Source: Callorhinchus milii (taxonomy: Eukaryota). Taken from it: 64,000 bases of DNA. The stretch is taken from NCBI RefSeq assembly GCF_018977255.1, contig NW_024704742.1, forward strand, positions 40,674,001 to 40,738,000. The letters run 5' to 3'. Under the pieces are notes generated by a model that had not been told where the DNA came from, ran no database searches, and saw nothing but the letters and a program-made list of their open reading frames with translations. Of this stretch, positions 11,393 through 24,350 are shown piece by piece (position 1 is the first letter of the stretch; each line of letters opens with the position of its first letter). The translations under genes were made by a program, and so were the position numbers.

Positions 11393-12347
11393 TTCCACAT
11401 GTATGCGGACGACATCCAACTCTACCTCTCTGCCTCCACCCTCAACTCCAGGACCACTGCTGTCCTGACAGACTATCTGTCAGACATCAAATCCTGGATG
11501 AGAGCAAACTTTCTACAGTTGAACGTCAACAAGAGACCGAGGCTGTCCTGATTGGCTCCCATCAGCGCTTCCTCACCTCAGGCATTGACAGCATCACCAT
11601 CCATGGTTGCACACTCCACCTTGCTAAGCCAGTCCAGAACCTTGGCATCTTGTTTGACCCTCAACTGTCATTTCTACCCCACATCTGTGCCATGACCTGC
11701 TCTGTCTTCCCCCACTACCGCAACATCGTCCAGCTCGGCCACTGTCTTACACCGCAGACCGCCAAAACCCTCATACACGCATTCATTACATCCAGACTCG
11801 ACTGTGCAAACTCCCCGCTTGTCGACCTCCCCAACTCTTCAATCCATAGGTTGCAGATCATCCAGAACTCTACAGCCTGTGTCCTCTCCTGCACCAGGCG
11901 ACTCTTATCACCCCCATCCTCGCCTGACTCCACTGGCTTCCCATCACACAGAGAAAATAGTTCAAGATCCTGGTCCTCACCTTCAAAGCCCTCCATGGCT
12001 TTGCTTCCCCTACCTCTGTGACCTCCTAACCCCCTACCAATCTCCCGCCCCCTCTGCTCAGCTTGCTTCACGGCCCCACCTCACCCGCCCATTGGCGGGC
12101 GGGCCGTCAGGCAATCTGCCCCCATCCTATGGAACTCCATTCCACAGTCCCTCCACCTCGTCCCTCCCTCGCCTCCTTCAAGACCCTCCTCTTCGCTTGT
12201 GCCTTTGGTCACCATCCTTCCCCGCCTGCACTCCACCCTTCCCAATCCCAACCCCAGCTTGGGTTCAAATCACTGATTGTCCAGCACCTTGGGACGTCCT
12301 CCTAACGTGAAAGGCACTATATAAATATAATTTTGTTGTTCTTGTTG
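11393..12347 (+). mobile_element. L2 LINE 3' fragment (RT C-terminus to tail)
   Basis: [33 protein letters not shown]2 tail. Confidence 0.9.
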
Positions 12348-12481
12348 TAATGTACCACCAAATGTTTCTATTAAGACAAAATTCCTGAATTTAACATGGT
12401 CAGTTCAAATTCCCTCTGTCACAATACTGTTCTTCCCACTCCAACTATACTGCAAATGATCTTGATGAGCTATTTATGGAG

Positions 12482-13145
12482 CGTTGACAGCATCACCATC
12501 CATGCACACTCCACCTTGCTAAGCCAGTCCGAAACTTTGGGGTCTTGTTTGACCCTCAACTATTCTTTCTACCCCACATCTGCGCCATGACCCGCTCTGC
12601 CTTCCCCCACCTCCACAATGTCGCCCGGCTCTGACACTGTCTCACACCGCAGGCTGCTGAAACTCTCATACACTCCTTCATTACATCAATTCTCGACTTT
12701 GCAAACTCACCGCTTGTCGGCCTCCCCAACTCCTCCCTCTACAGGCTGCAGATCATCCAGAACTCTACAGCCCGTGTCCTCTCCTGCACCATGCTCCGCA
12801 ACCCTATCACCCCCATCGTTGCCCAAATCCACTGACTTCCCATCACACAGAGGATTCAGACCAACTCCCCCACCACTCCGTTTGCTTTGCTAATTCATGC
12901 TTGCTCCACATTGTCCACTGCTCTGCCCCTCCATTAGTGGACAACCATTCAGCTACTTTGCCCCCCCACCCCCCTTTTTGGAATGCTCTCTAAATCCCTC
13001 ACTTTGCATCCTCCCTCTCTCTTTACAAAACCTCCCTCTTCCCTCCACTACCCACACTCATCCTACTCAGGCTTCCACTCCATCAATGTGAAGCATTTCA
13101 AGACATATCCCTACATGAAACATGCTATATAAGTGCAAGTTCTTT
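12482..13145 (+). mobile_element. Second L2 fragment
   Basis: Closely parallels 11583-11960. Confidence 0.8.
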
Positions 13146-13254
13146 GTTAAATTCTTATTCTCAGTCTTGTGTGTGGAGACAACAGTGTTTTCATGCAGGC
13201 TTGAGAATTAAACAGGGGCACCTTCACCTCAGGGAACTGCATGGCAGAATGAAT

Positions 13255-13436
13255 TTATAGAATCTTACAGCACAGAAGGAGACCATTTGGCCCAATGTGC
13301 CTGTGCCGGCTCTTTGAAAGATATGTCAACTAGTCCCATTCCCCCTCTCTTATCCCATAGCCTGCACATTTTTCCTTCTTAAGTACATATCGAATTCCCT
13401 TTTAAAAGCTTTATCGATTCTGCTTCCACCACCCTT
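13255..13436 (-). mobile_element. CR1 3' tail fragment
   Basis: 'atagaatcttacagcacagaaggagaccatttggccc' CR1-type terminus. Confidence 0.65.
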
Positions 13437-15741
13437 TGAAACAAACAAACAAAACAAAAAACTACATTTGTATAGCGCCTTTCACGTCGGGAGGAAGTCT
13501 CAAGGCGCTGAAAGGAGTTCATTCTCTGCAATTCTCTGACTCAAGGAAATGAAGGCGTTAGAGTGTTTGTGATGTACTTTGGCTACTGGTGAGTGAGGGT
13601 TAATGAGCTGAACTTTTCCTCAGATTGTAGGGATAGTTATGGCACTTGTTGCAGCCACTATGATGAATGGGATGCTGAGAGAGGAGCAGAGGAGAGAAAA
13701 AAATGGCACTGGAGTTTCGAAACAGCACAGCTAGGATTATGGATCAGTTTCCATTATTTCAGAGTAGGTGTCACGTAGAGATATTAAGAGTGCAAATTAT
13801 TTAGTAATGCTATGTAGGAAAGAATATAATGTTTATCTGATGCTAAGTGTCTGATCAAGATGTTAATAATTGATAACTATTCACTTATTAATAATAATAA
13901 TCCTTGCATCTGATATAGCACCTTATCTCAAAGCATTTCACTGCAAAGTCAATCGACTGTATATTTTGTGGGCGAAACACAGCATCCAATTGCACACAAA
14001 CAGTTGTGGATTGAGTGACACAAAATTTATTGGTGAAATATTACATTGTATTAGCTCACCTATAAGCTTCTCTGAACGTATCTGGGTTTGTATAGAGCAG
14101 AGCTGAAGTGCTAATGTTTCTTTTGGAAGTGTTTGTTTTGTGCTGTTTCCAATAACTAGAACTTTTAAGTGGAAGTGTCTTTATGATATGTCTTCGATCC
14201 AAATCACTTACCATTCCTGTTTGTTACACAATAATATTTGACATTTATATAATGTCACGAGAATGCTTCACATAACTCACTGGGAAATGAAGCTTTTATC
14301 AAAGCTATTTATTCATACGTGGAACATGCATCAAAAGCCATTTTTATACTAATATGGTTCAGTTAGTTCAAACTGAATTATAGTTAGTTACTTATTTAAA
14401 AAAATGCATAAAAGCAAGGTTATTAGACTGTTCCACGGAAATGTATGTCAATGCTGGGTGAAAATTGTTAATAGACTTGTTCATAACAAGAATAAGTTAT
14501 TTTCAAAGAGATTTCTAGCACAAAAGTTGATGTCAAACACACAGTAGAAAAATCCCTACTCCCCTGCTCTGTTCCAACTTGCCTTTTCATAGTTTCTAAG
14601 AAGAACAGTGAAAGGTGCAGTGTTTGCTCTGAAGCAAAATGGAAGAAACCACCCTGTCTCATCAATCACATTCACTCACTTACAATTAATTGCAATCAAC
14701 CAGGATAAGATGATGAAAAGGCTGCATTTCACAAAAGGCATAGCACTTTATTACAATGATTTAGAAACCATATGAAAAGAGAAGGCAAATAACTTTATAA
14801 AAAAACATCCCTGGAAATACACATGTAATTTTATTAGCCATGTATGGAAAACAATAACTCAAAATGTGGGTATTGGCTTCCCTTTTAGACAATTTCACAG
14901 TTTTAATTTGTGTTGTTCTGGATTTGCTCTTTATGCCTTTTTTTTCTTTTCCACATTTACTGCTGCTTTCTACAGATGATTGAGATGCTAAAAAAGGTAA
15001 AAATTTAACTCAAGGCTTTGTTTCAATTAAAACGAGTCGTATGTTCTAAGTTCATGAATTAACTTGGGGCCCTAAGGTTCTGAATTTCAATCCTAATGGA
15101 TCCACTCAGCTCCCCAGTGTTTTGAGATCAAAGAAAAACATTTCATTATTTTTAAAAAAATGTACCTTGGAGGGGAAGTTTTCTGTGGGGCTAAATTAGC
15201 TCTGAGGAGATGCAAAGACAGGCATGTTCCACAGCAATCCAAGTCACTGTAGATGTTTACCCACAAGGTATAGAGACACTCCATATTCCAGTGCATCCTG
15301 TGAAGGACTTTGAGATATCCTCCTGATGTGAAAGGAGTAAGGATTATTATTATTATTGACAACTAGTCCATCTGGTTAAAACATTGAAACTTGGGGATGT
15401 AGATGTGCCCTCATTAATGTGTGCCATGGCCTTAACAGGTTGAGCGGTGTTGAAAGGCAGGTATCATGCTGCATGTTTTATCAGAAATATCCTTTAATAT
15501 AAAAAGTAAAATAGATTTAAAGCAGAATTCAAAACAAATTCTGGTTGTTTTAGTTTAAAACGTGTTTAAAACGTGTCATATTCTGTACAGCTGATCTAAG
15601 TGTTCTGATGTGCCAACAAGATTTTTATATAAACCTTTTTTATATCCAATCTTAACGTATTGCAACAGATTTCAGCAAAACCTTTCTAATATTCTGATAA
15701 TTATGTTTATTTACTGTGCACTGCCATCATTTTGTCTTCAG

Positions 15742-15945
15742 TTTGAGACTCAAGAGGATGAAAAACTGCTCCAAGCAGCAGAGAAGTTCCAGAAGGAAAT
15801 GGAGCTTAAGTTCCCAAAGCGGCGATGCCTCACCTTTGTGACCGATCTCAGTGGCAAGATGGTTTTCATTACAAGGTTCATTGGGCCTCTCAGTCCACCC
15901 CAGGAGCTATTGGATGCTTTCCCAAATAACCCTGAGGCTTCAGCA
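15742..15945 (+). CDS. CC2D2A: CC2D2A exon ([11 protein letters not shown]...NNPEASA)
   Basis: tcag|TTT...GCA|gtgag, 204 nt. Confidence 0.95.
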
Positions 15946-16793
15946 GTGAGTAACTTTGTATTGGCAATTTAAAATTTAGAGATTTAAGGTGCATTGCTCC
16001 ATGCTTTTATCAATCAATTACAATGGAACCCCATTTAAGCAACCAATCATATTTGTTGGTGTGATGAATTGTAAGGCAGAATACAGTATTTTTTAGCCAA
16101 TAGACAATAAGTCTGCTTGCCATGTAACTCCAAAAAATCAACAGTGGGCTCTCATATGCATGTTGTGTAAACGCATGTGTACAGGTGACTTTAATTATGT
16201 AGTTACTCAATGTCAAAAATGATAGAAACATCTTTTAAAAGAAAGTCTCTTCTCTGACACTTGCCTGAGATGAGATCATTGTTTATGACCATCGCTCTGT
16301 TTAACTGAGATAAATTGGTGAATTTTTAAAAAAAAATTGTACGCTCTGCAAGGCAAAGCAATACATTGCAAAAGGAGAACCTCAGTGTTTTCAGCATTTT
16401 AATTGCATTTCAATTCATCATCTTCAAGACTCTGATTGAGTTATCAATCTTATGCACTTATGCTTTTTCCTCTATTCAGTTATGATCTGATTGTTCAGTT
16501 AAATTTTTTTTGTTTAGTTTAATATTGTTTCTCAATGTGGGCATATCTTGCCCTGCCCTCTGTCATGCCCACTCTTTGCCCATCTTCCAATTGCACATGA
16601 AAACTTTCCTCTTCAATAGTGCCTACAGTCACGTCCCCTTTCTCCCTGGTTCAGCATCAAACTACGCCATTATTCAGCGAAGCCGAGAGACTACAATGGG
16701 TGGGGTGAAGAATGGTATATAAATGTAAGTTGTTGATGTTGTACTAATAGATTTAACATTATTATTAACTATGTGTGTGTGTTTGTGCTTTAG

Positions 16794-16883
16794 GATCTGG
16801 TGGCTCGCTATGTTTCTCTGATTCCCTTCCTGCCTGACAGTGTGTCATTTGCTGGAATCTGTGACTTATGGTGTACTTCAGAT
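16794..16883 (+). CDS. CC2D2A: CC2D2A exon ([15 protein letters not shown]...CDLWCTSD)
   Basis: ttag|GAT...GAT|gtaag, 90 nt. Confidence 0.95.
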
Positions 16884-17118
16884 GTAAGTAATATCACCCA
16901 ATTCTATTGCTTCTTAGTACTTCAGATATAAGTAATATTGTTAGGTTATCTTATCAATTAATTTTCTTACTTTTCTTTATAATTCTTAATCTTTCTGATT
17001 TTACTATGTACATGGGTTCATGAATGTTCATGTTACAACCTCTTACATAGCAGAACTTTTGCAACATTTGTTAGATTCTCTGGGGATCGATAAACTTATT
17101 GAGATGGGGGAGAACATA

Positions 17119-17432
17119 GAGGATCCTGTAGCTCAGTGGTTAGAGCACTCGCCTTGCAAGCGAGACACTTGGGTTCAATTCCAGGCAGGGCAAAACCTTG
17201 GGCAAGTTTCCTTACTCCACACGTCTAATAGTAATCCCTCCAAAGCAAAACAATAATAAATTGGTCATTTTCAATCCACGACTGTTTATGGGACACTGCT
17301 GTGCCCAATCGGCTGCCGCGTTTCGCCCACAAATATACGATCAATTCACTTTACAGCATATTCTGTGAAGCGCTTAGAGACGTCAAGAAGACGTAAAAAG
17401 CGCTATATCAAATGCAAGGATTATTATTATTA
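17119..17432 (+). mobile_element. Full-length tRNA-derived SINE (short subfamily)
   Basis: Head 'cctgtagctcagtggttagagcactcgcc' through (ATT)n tail. Confidence 0.9.
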
Positions 17433-17559
17433 TAACATCCCATTCTCCATTGGTGAGTTTATAAGCTCACAAAGCCCAGTAAATGTACCACCACTCCCAT
17501 CTTCCTCAAAACACACACATAAAGTGGTAATATAGCAACACACATTGCTGTACAATAAT

Positions 17560-17920
17560 GACCCTTGCACTTAATATAGTGCCTTGAACCATCTCACAAC
17601 ATTACACAGAATTTTACTGTAAAGTGCACTGACCATGTGTTTATAGGTGAAACTGGCAGCCACTTTGTGCACAGCACTGTTCCACAACAGCCATGAAATG
17701 AATGAGCAATTTTATCTGGGGGATTGAAAACCAGGATACCAGGAGAAAATCACTTATTTTTCAAATAGTGCCATGGAATCTGATCAGCCTGACAGCATAG
17801 CTTCCCAGCACTGAACTGGAGTATCAGCCTAGGCTATAACAGTTCAGTCCCAATGTGGGGTATGAACCCACAACCTTCTGAAGAAGGCAATGGTGCTGCT
17901 AACTGAGCCAAGGAGACACC
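17560..17920 (-). mobile_element. Old DeuSINE-like (SacSINE1/AmnSINE-type) relic
   Basis: Reverse complement of 'tcagaaggttgtgggttc' head and 'gatcccatggcactatt' Deu-type core. Confidence 0.55.
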
Positions 17921-18385
17921 TATATATAGTTAAATTGGGTATTCAAATAAACTCTTAATGTGGTCTATTACCAATTTTGTGCGTTTGGAAAGAGTTAAAA
18001 ATGGAAGAGTGGTTGGGACAGGCAATCATCATAATAATAATAATCCTTGCATTTGATATAGCGCTTTTCACGTCTTCTAGACATTTCAAAGCGCTTAATC
18101 ATAGTCACCTCTGTACCTTTTTATAAGTACAACAATGTAACTTTTTCCATGTTTGGCCAAATAAGCGTGCCATATGTAGAAATGGGCTTTTAAAATGAAA
18201 TGGCTTTGTGATGGCTTTGTTTAGACTCTTCTGGTATCAGTTACGCTGGCTGAGATAATGGGACTGAAAAGATTAAAGCTGGCTTTATAGCACCAAGCTG
18301 CTGTCTGGTCACCTGTGTCTGGGGATACACTTTTAATGTGAGTTTGAAAGCAGTGGTGTACTTTTGATCTTTTCATTCAATCCAG

Positions 18386-18499
18386 CAATTCCTGGACTTG
18401 CTGGCAGGTGATGAAGAGGAACATGCAGTTCTGCTGTGTAACTATTTCCTAGCAATGGGGAAGAAAGCTTGGCTGGTGATAGGAACCGCCATTCCTGAG
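18386..18499 (+). CDS. CC2D2A: CC2D2A exon ([21 protein letters not shown]...AIPE)
   Basis: ccag|CAA...GAG|gtaag, 114 nt. Confidence 0.95.
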
Positions 18500-19545
18500 G
18501 TAAGAGGCTATTTCTTTTTTTCTCACAGCCTCTCCAAAGTTTCCACAGCCTTTGGTGCTGATTTATAATCCCGAAAGCTGTGAACCTGTATTAGTTTTTA
18601 TTTGCCTCTTTAATCTAATCAAACTGGACAGCAATCACTTTACTAAACAACTAGGGCTCTAAAGTTTTGAAACGGGAGGGGACCTTTGTAGTGTTACATA
18701 AAATGTTAAATGGAATTGAAAAACTAAACCTAGAACAATACTTTCTGATGCACCGAGACAGAAGAGGACACAGGTTTAGGGTTTCAAAGGGCAATTTAGA
18801 ACAGGAACCAGGAAGTACCTCTTTGCCCAGAAGATTGAAACAAGAGTACCCAATGGAGGGTTAAGACCAGGACAGTGCATCTAAAAAAAATACGTGGATG
18901 CTGGGACACGAGGATAATTCAGATTGGACATAATTAATGGCGTTAATATATATTAGATATGGAGAACTTGCCATCCCCCATTTCATGAAATGGTTTTACG
19001 CAAAATTCGGTTCCTGTTGTTGGCTGGCAGCAGTTTTGAGCCTGCTGCTGCACAGTCCTCAGCATTTCGGTTCTGGTTTGGGGAATATCAACTTAAATCA
19101 ACTTTAAAGTTGAGCATCATTCAGCTTGAGAGAGATCACAGTTAATCAGGATAATTGTCAATCACGGGCCATCCTAGTCACCTCATAGTCTTCCCCAGTA
19201 ATCAACAATAAAATATTTCCAATCAGCGTACAGCAATAAAATCAAAATTATGAATTTAGGCCTTGTGCACACAAGAGAGAAGATGAACAGATTTAATTAT
19301 TTACTCAGAGTGACGAGTGTATAATAGACTACCCAAGAACACTGGAAACAGATTGTATTAGCAAATTCAAGAGGGAAATTGTTAACTATGTAGCAACGAA
19401 GTTGATCTGTAATCTAGCCTTGGGATTCTGGTGTTCTTTGCTTTTCCAAAGTTCTTTCTTGGAAGTTTATAAACATTTCAGTTGCTGACTTTCACAAACT
19501 AGGAATTTCAGTATAAAAATGTACAGTACTCAAATTTCATTTCAG

Positions 19546-19680
19546 GGTCCAACAGCCTACGTGTTGACCTATGAACAGAATCAGTATGTGATTTGGAACT
19601 GCACCACTGGACAGTATTATGGACAGTTTGATGCCTTCTGTCCTCTGCAGAATGTCAGCTGCTTGATTAGTGCTGACAAT
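19546..19680 (+). CDS. CC2D2A: CC2D2A exon ([10 protein letters not shown]...CLISADN)
   Basis: tcag|GGT...AAT|gtgag, 135 nt. Confidence 0.95.
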
Positions 19681-20129
19681 GTGAGTTTTTCTCCAATTAA
19701 CTGTGATGAAATGTGACAAATGATGAAGTATTCATGTCATCTTTGCAGAATTTTGAAAGTTTGATGGATGATGAGTGGTGTGTGTGTGTTTGACGCTGTT
19801 AAAGCTAAATGTTACATTGGGCATACTTTAAATGCTGTAGCTCCTAAATGAAGGGACCATAAAATGTTTCCTATGTTTATGTTTAGTAAATTTAGTACAA
19901 GGTCTAGTTAATGAATCAATGTTTTATAGTTGCTGTAACTTGCTGCATTTTTGTGGGGGCAAACTTTCTACTGCTTATCCAACCTCCCTGACAGGACTTG
20001 AAGCTTTGTCTGGATCTGAGTGTGAAGAATCTCTGCTGCCAGTTTCCTCATACAAAAGTAATGTAATTCTAGGAATGTATCAGTTCACTGTATTTATTTG
20101 GGCTAATCCATATTTTAACTCTTTTCTAG

Positions 20130-20252
20130 ATCTGGTTCAACATACAGAAATATGACACAGTCATGAGAATAAATTTTGACATCAGCAAATCCAAACTTTG
20201 GAAGCCATTTTTCTCCCGAAGTTTCCCATTTCCAGGCTTGTCAACTATTCAG
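20130..20252 (+). CDS. CC2D2A: CC2D2A exon (IWFNIQKYD...PGLSTIQ)
   Basis: ctag|ATC...CAG|gtatg, 123 nt. Confidence 0.95.
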
Positions 20253-20696
20253 GTATGGTGTTAAGTACAGAGATTCAGTCTTGGCTAAGGCTCTCGTAAA
20301 TTCTCATAATATAGGTAAAATATTGTCTTAAGCACACAGTTGATCATATGTGTAAATAGGCACTTTTTTAAACAATTCCTTTACAAATTCACCACTTCTG
20401 ATATGAAGAAGTTAAATATTTAGCAACCTTTCAAAAGCAGAGACAGATAGCTGGGAGTCCAAGCCCTGTGTTGGGACATTGACCCCGCATCATCTATGTT
20501 GACATTCCAGTTCAGTGCAGGGGTGTTCGACCGTTGCCTCCACTCGACTGGCTCCGGCTTCTTGCCTGTTCCTCATTCCCTCTGTTCCACCATTGGCGGC
20601 CACACTTTCAGCCGCTACTGCCTGAAACTCTGGAGCACTCTCCCTCAATCCCTCCACCTTGCCTCCTCCTTCTCCATTTTCAAGAAGTGCTTGACT

Positions 20697-21008
20697 GGAG
20701 TCCTGTAGGTCAGTGGTTAGAGCACTCGCTTTGCAAGCGAGAGACCTGTGTTCAATTCCAGGCAGAGCGAAACCTTAGGCAAGTTTCCTTACTCCACACA
20801 GAGCCTAATAATGATCCCTCCAAAACAAAAAAAATAATAAATTGGTCATTTTCAATCTACGACTGTTTGTGGGACATTGCTGTGCGCAATTGGATGCCTT
20901 GTTCGCTCACAAAAATACAGTCAATTCACTTTACAGTATATTCTGTGAAGCGCTTTGAGACGTCTAGAAAAGCGCTATATCAGATGCAAGGATTATTATT
21001 ATTATTAT
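20697..21008 (+). mobile_element. Full-length SINE inserted in an L2 3' fragment (about 20505-20696 and 21009-21127)
   Basis: L2 3'UTR sequence resumes after the SINE tail. Confidence 0.85.
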
Positions 21009-21587
21009 AACTGCTTACGGTCACCTCCTACGCCCACCCCGACAAGGTGTCAAGCTCCGCCACTGTCAAGCATTCTGAGATGCTACCTTGTGTGAGGGGC
21101 ACTATATAAATGAAAGTTGTTGTTGTATTGTTAGAGGTGCCGTGCTTCAGATAAGATATTAAACCAAGTTCCTGTTCAGGTGGCTTTTAAAGATCTCATG
21201 TCACTGTTTGAAAAGAGACGGGTATTTATTTGGGAAATTATTGTCCTGTCTAACAATCCCCTAAATAAAATTAGTCATTCATTTCATGGCTGTTTGTGGA
21301 ACATTGGTGTGTGCAAATTGCCTGCCACGTCGATCAAAATGAAGACCTTAGGTTTTCAGTTTTAGAAATGCTCTTACATAATAATAGTGTTTAAAAAGTC
21401 CTCTCAGATGTGTGAAGTGTACTATATAAATGCAAGTTGTTGGGTTTTTGATGAGATAATTCACTGATGTCAACACAGAACACCTGTACTAATAGCAACT
21501 GTCTTTTTTTTAACTTAATTTGTATGTGCATTGCACACACCAACAAAATAACGTGTTCACATACCCACCTGTTTAATTCTTTCTCAG

Positions 21588-21646
21588 CCTGAAGAACTTA
21601 TTTATCAACGCACAGAGAAGGCAGCTGCAGCAGAACTTCAAGACAA
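21588..21646 (+). CDS. CC2D2A: CC2D2A exon (PEELIYQRTEKAAAAELQD)
   Basis: tcag|CCT...CAA|gtaat, 59 nt. Confidence 0.93.
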
Positions 21647-22238
21647 GTAATGCTGATCTACTTTAAATAAAATTTCCATGAGGGTTTTTATTGTTTTAAT
21701 GAAATACAAAGCAGCAAATTAGAGAATACAGAGTCGACTCCATTTTAAGAGATTGTATATCAAATAGCTTGTGAATAGCACGCAATGAGAGCATTTTTGG
21801 CTGCCCTGTTGAGACCTGATAGACCTGCTATTGAGCGTTCTGTCAGTTTGTTAATGAAATAGTACGAGAATCATCAGTTTAATGTCTCAAGTGATCTGAA
21901 CATAAAATACCATTTTGAAAAGTCAAATTATTGAAATGCAGAGCGCATGTCAGCTTTTCCATTACTTTTGTTCAACCGCAACTTCTCTTCAAAGGTTTCT
22001 ATCAGGTCCCCATCTGCAGGGGTTCAGCTCCGACACTGAGACAGGTACATCTCAAACATCATGAATGATAACCTTGTCATAGCGAAAGTTCAAAGATAAT
22101 ATCCTGTTTGATTTAAACAAATCGTTATGTGATGCCTATCATATGCGGATCACTAACAATAGGAATCTTTTTGTTCCATCTTTAAAATGGGAATGATTAA
22201 ATTTTAATAATTGGTATGAATCGTCCTGCCCTGTGTAG

Positions 22239-22416
22239 GATTGAAAAGATATTGAAAGAGAAGATTATGGAATGGAGACCAAGACATCCAACTCGCTGGA
22301 ACAGGTACTGCAGCTCTACCCTGCGGCAGTTCTTACCCACACTGGAGCTGAGCCAGGGGAGAGATGTGGGGGAAGAACACCGTGTGCAACTGCAGGCCCT
22401 GCTGGGAGATTACAGG
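22239..22416 (+). CDS. CC2D2A: CC2D2A exon ([16 protein letters not shown]...LGDYR)
   Basis: gtag|G...AGG|gtaat, 178 nt. Confidence 0.95.
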
Positions 22417-22941
22417 GTAATGTATCACTTTTAAACTGCAAACCAACAACACAACCTGAAACCACTTTAAATCCTGTATCTTTTTTTCCTTCACACTTTA
22501 TATTGCTATTCCGTTCCACCATTAGTGGCCGTGCTTTCAGCCCCGAAACTCTGGAACACTCTTCCTGCATTCCTCCATCTTGCCCCCTCCTTCCCTATCT
22601 TCAGGTCATGCCTGAAGACCTTCCTCTTGGACCATGCCTATGGTTATCTCTTGCCCCCACTAAGCTGTCAAGCGCTCTGGGACCCTATCCTGCATGAGGA
22701 GCGCTATATAAAGGCAAATCCCTGACCTGCAATGCCTTAGAATGTCCTTCCTGACGTGAACAAATCTCATTTGTTATTATTGGTGGTGGTATTTTACATA
22801 AAATTATTCTGTTCATTGACATTGTTGAGATGTTTTAATATTCTATCAAATAACAGTCTCTCTATTGGGAATCAGATTGTTAAATAATCCGTTTAGCCAT
22901 ATATTTTATATTTTGTACTTATGTCAAATTGTTTTCTGCAG

Positions 22942-23130
22942 ATTGCTGGGTTTCCTATCCACATGCCTTTCTCTGAACTGAGGCCCATCATCGAAGCTGT
23001 GCACAGCACAGGTGTCCACACGACTGAGGTTCCTCGTGTCGAGTTTGCACTGGCTGTGTACATCCATCCATACCCCAACAGTGTGCTGTCGGTTTGGATT
23101 TATGTGGCTTCCCTGGTCCGCAGCAGATAA
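22942..23130 (+). CDS. CC2D2A: CC2D2A last coding exon ([10 protein letters not shown]...[12 protein letters not shown])
   Basis: gcag|ATT...TAA; matches the conserved C-terminus. Confidence 0.96.
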   Translation: MAGFPIHMPFSELRPIIEAVHSTGVHTTEVPRVEFALAVYIHPYPNSVLSVWIYVASLVRSR

Positions 23131-23388
23131 GAGAAGCAAATGATCATTCCCTTACGGTCCTGATTTAATGGCACTTATATGGTGGCTTAGTATGTGGCGT
23201 TCACGGGGTTAGCAAGATTCAGAACCCTTGAATCCTGCTGGTAACTAGATGGGTATCCACATCACCCAAAAAATTACTATAGCATGGTTCCAGTCACATT
23301 GTTAGAGAGTTGTTTCCACGGATATCCAGTTCTTTCTGAATCCTGCTTGAAGACAGCATACTTTCAACCCTGAAGCCTTATCAAACAA

Positions 23389-23799
23389 AATAAACTCAGG
23401 CAGTGCTCTGAATTTATATCTCACCATAAATTTGATACGTCACTTAATCAGTGTTGTATATTTTCTTGAACATTTTTCATGGAATTATTTATTTTGCAGC
23501 AATTATTTTGCAATTTCTGTTATTTGCAATTGCTTGTTAAAGCCTTTCTATTTATTTTCATTTAGGTAGACCGTTGTATGATCATTCATCATGTAGTCTT
23601 TGTTTTACAGATGTAATTATTTTTATTTTGCATTTAATTAATTCTGAAATCATTTCTCGCAATGGAGCATAGTCCTTTCTCCCCACCTATCAGAAAGGGC
23701 ACCTGACATGAGATGGTGTGTTTCACAATGTATACATTGCAATATTATATTAAGACAATTATCCGTCATAGGGGTTGAAGTAGTATTTGCACAAATAAA
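23389..23799 (+). terminator. Candidate CC2D2A polyadenylation signals (AATAAA at 23389-23394 and 23794-23799)
   Basis: Hexamers in the AT-rich region after the stop; which is used cannot be told from sequence. Confidence 0.35.
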
Positions 23800-24170
23800 C
23801 AGGATAGTGTCTGGCATTCAGTAGCTAATGTAAGTGCAAATATACAGTAGTTATTTCACTTGAATTTGTTCAAAGGCTAGGTGTGGTTGAACATGACAGA
23901 AATGGGCTCATAATTGTGAGAATATATTTTCTAAAAACATACAAATTGAATCAGAATATTTTTGTAACCTTTAGTCAGTTGATCTACAAAGTAAAATGTA
24001 TGATGACAAGTACTATGATTTTTTTTCTCTAATCTACCTCTTAATGGTTTATAACAGTATACATACATCTGTCCTTCCTGGGGAATGGTCAGCAGGGTCT
24101 CTTTTGAGGTTCATTTGGCTCAGAGGTGCCAAACCGGTCAATGGAATATTTTCTTTTTTAAAAAAAGTCT

Positions 24171-24350
24171 AAATACTGCAGATGCTAGAAATCTGAAATA
24201 AAAATAAGTGGCTGGGAATACACAGCAGGTCAGGCAGCATCTACAGAGAGAGGAAAATAAGTTAACTTTTCAGGTCGATAAACTTTCAACAGAACAGTTC
24301 TGACAAAAGGTTATCAGCCTGAAACGTGCTGTTCTCTATTCCAGATCCTA
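24171..24350. mobile_element. Penelope-like element terminal relic with inverted, degenerate hammerhead-ribozyme cores
   Basis: Palindrome 24268-24324; CTGACAA..GAAAC on +, CTGTTGA..GAAA on -. Confidence 0.6.

Larger units (their letters stand above)
3850..23130 (+). other. CC2D2A: CC2D2A gene, 3' portion (16 coding exons, 2034 nt incl. stop): C2 domain and C-terminal CEP76/transglutaminase-like region; ciliary transition-zone protein
   Basis: All exons are GT-AG and phase-compatible; the translation follows the recalled human CC2D2A C-terminus ([50 protein letters not shown]). Confidence 0.97.
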
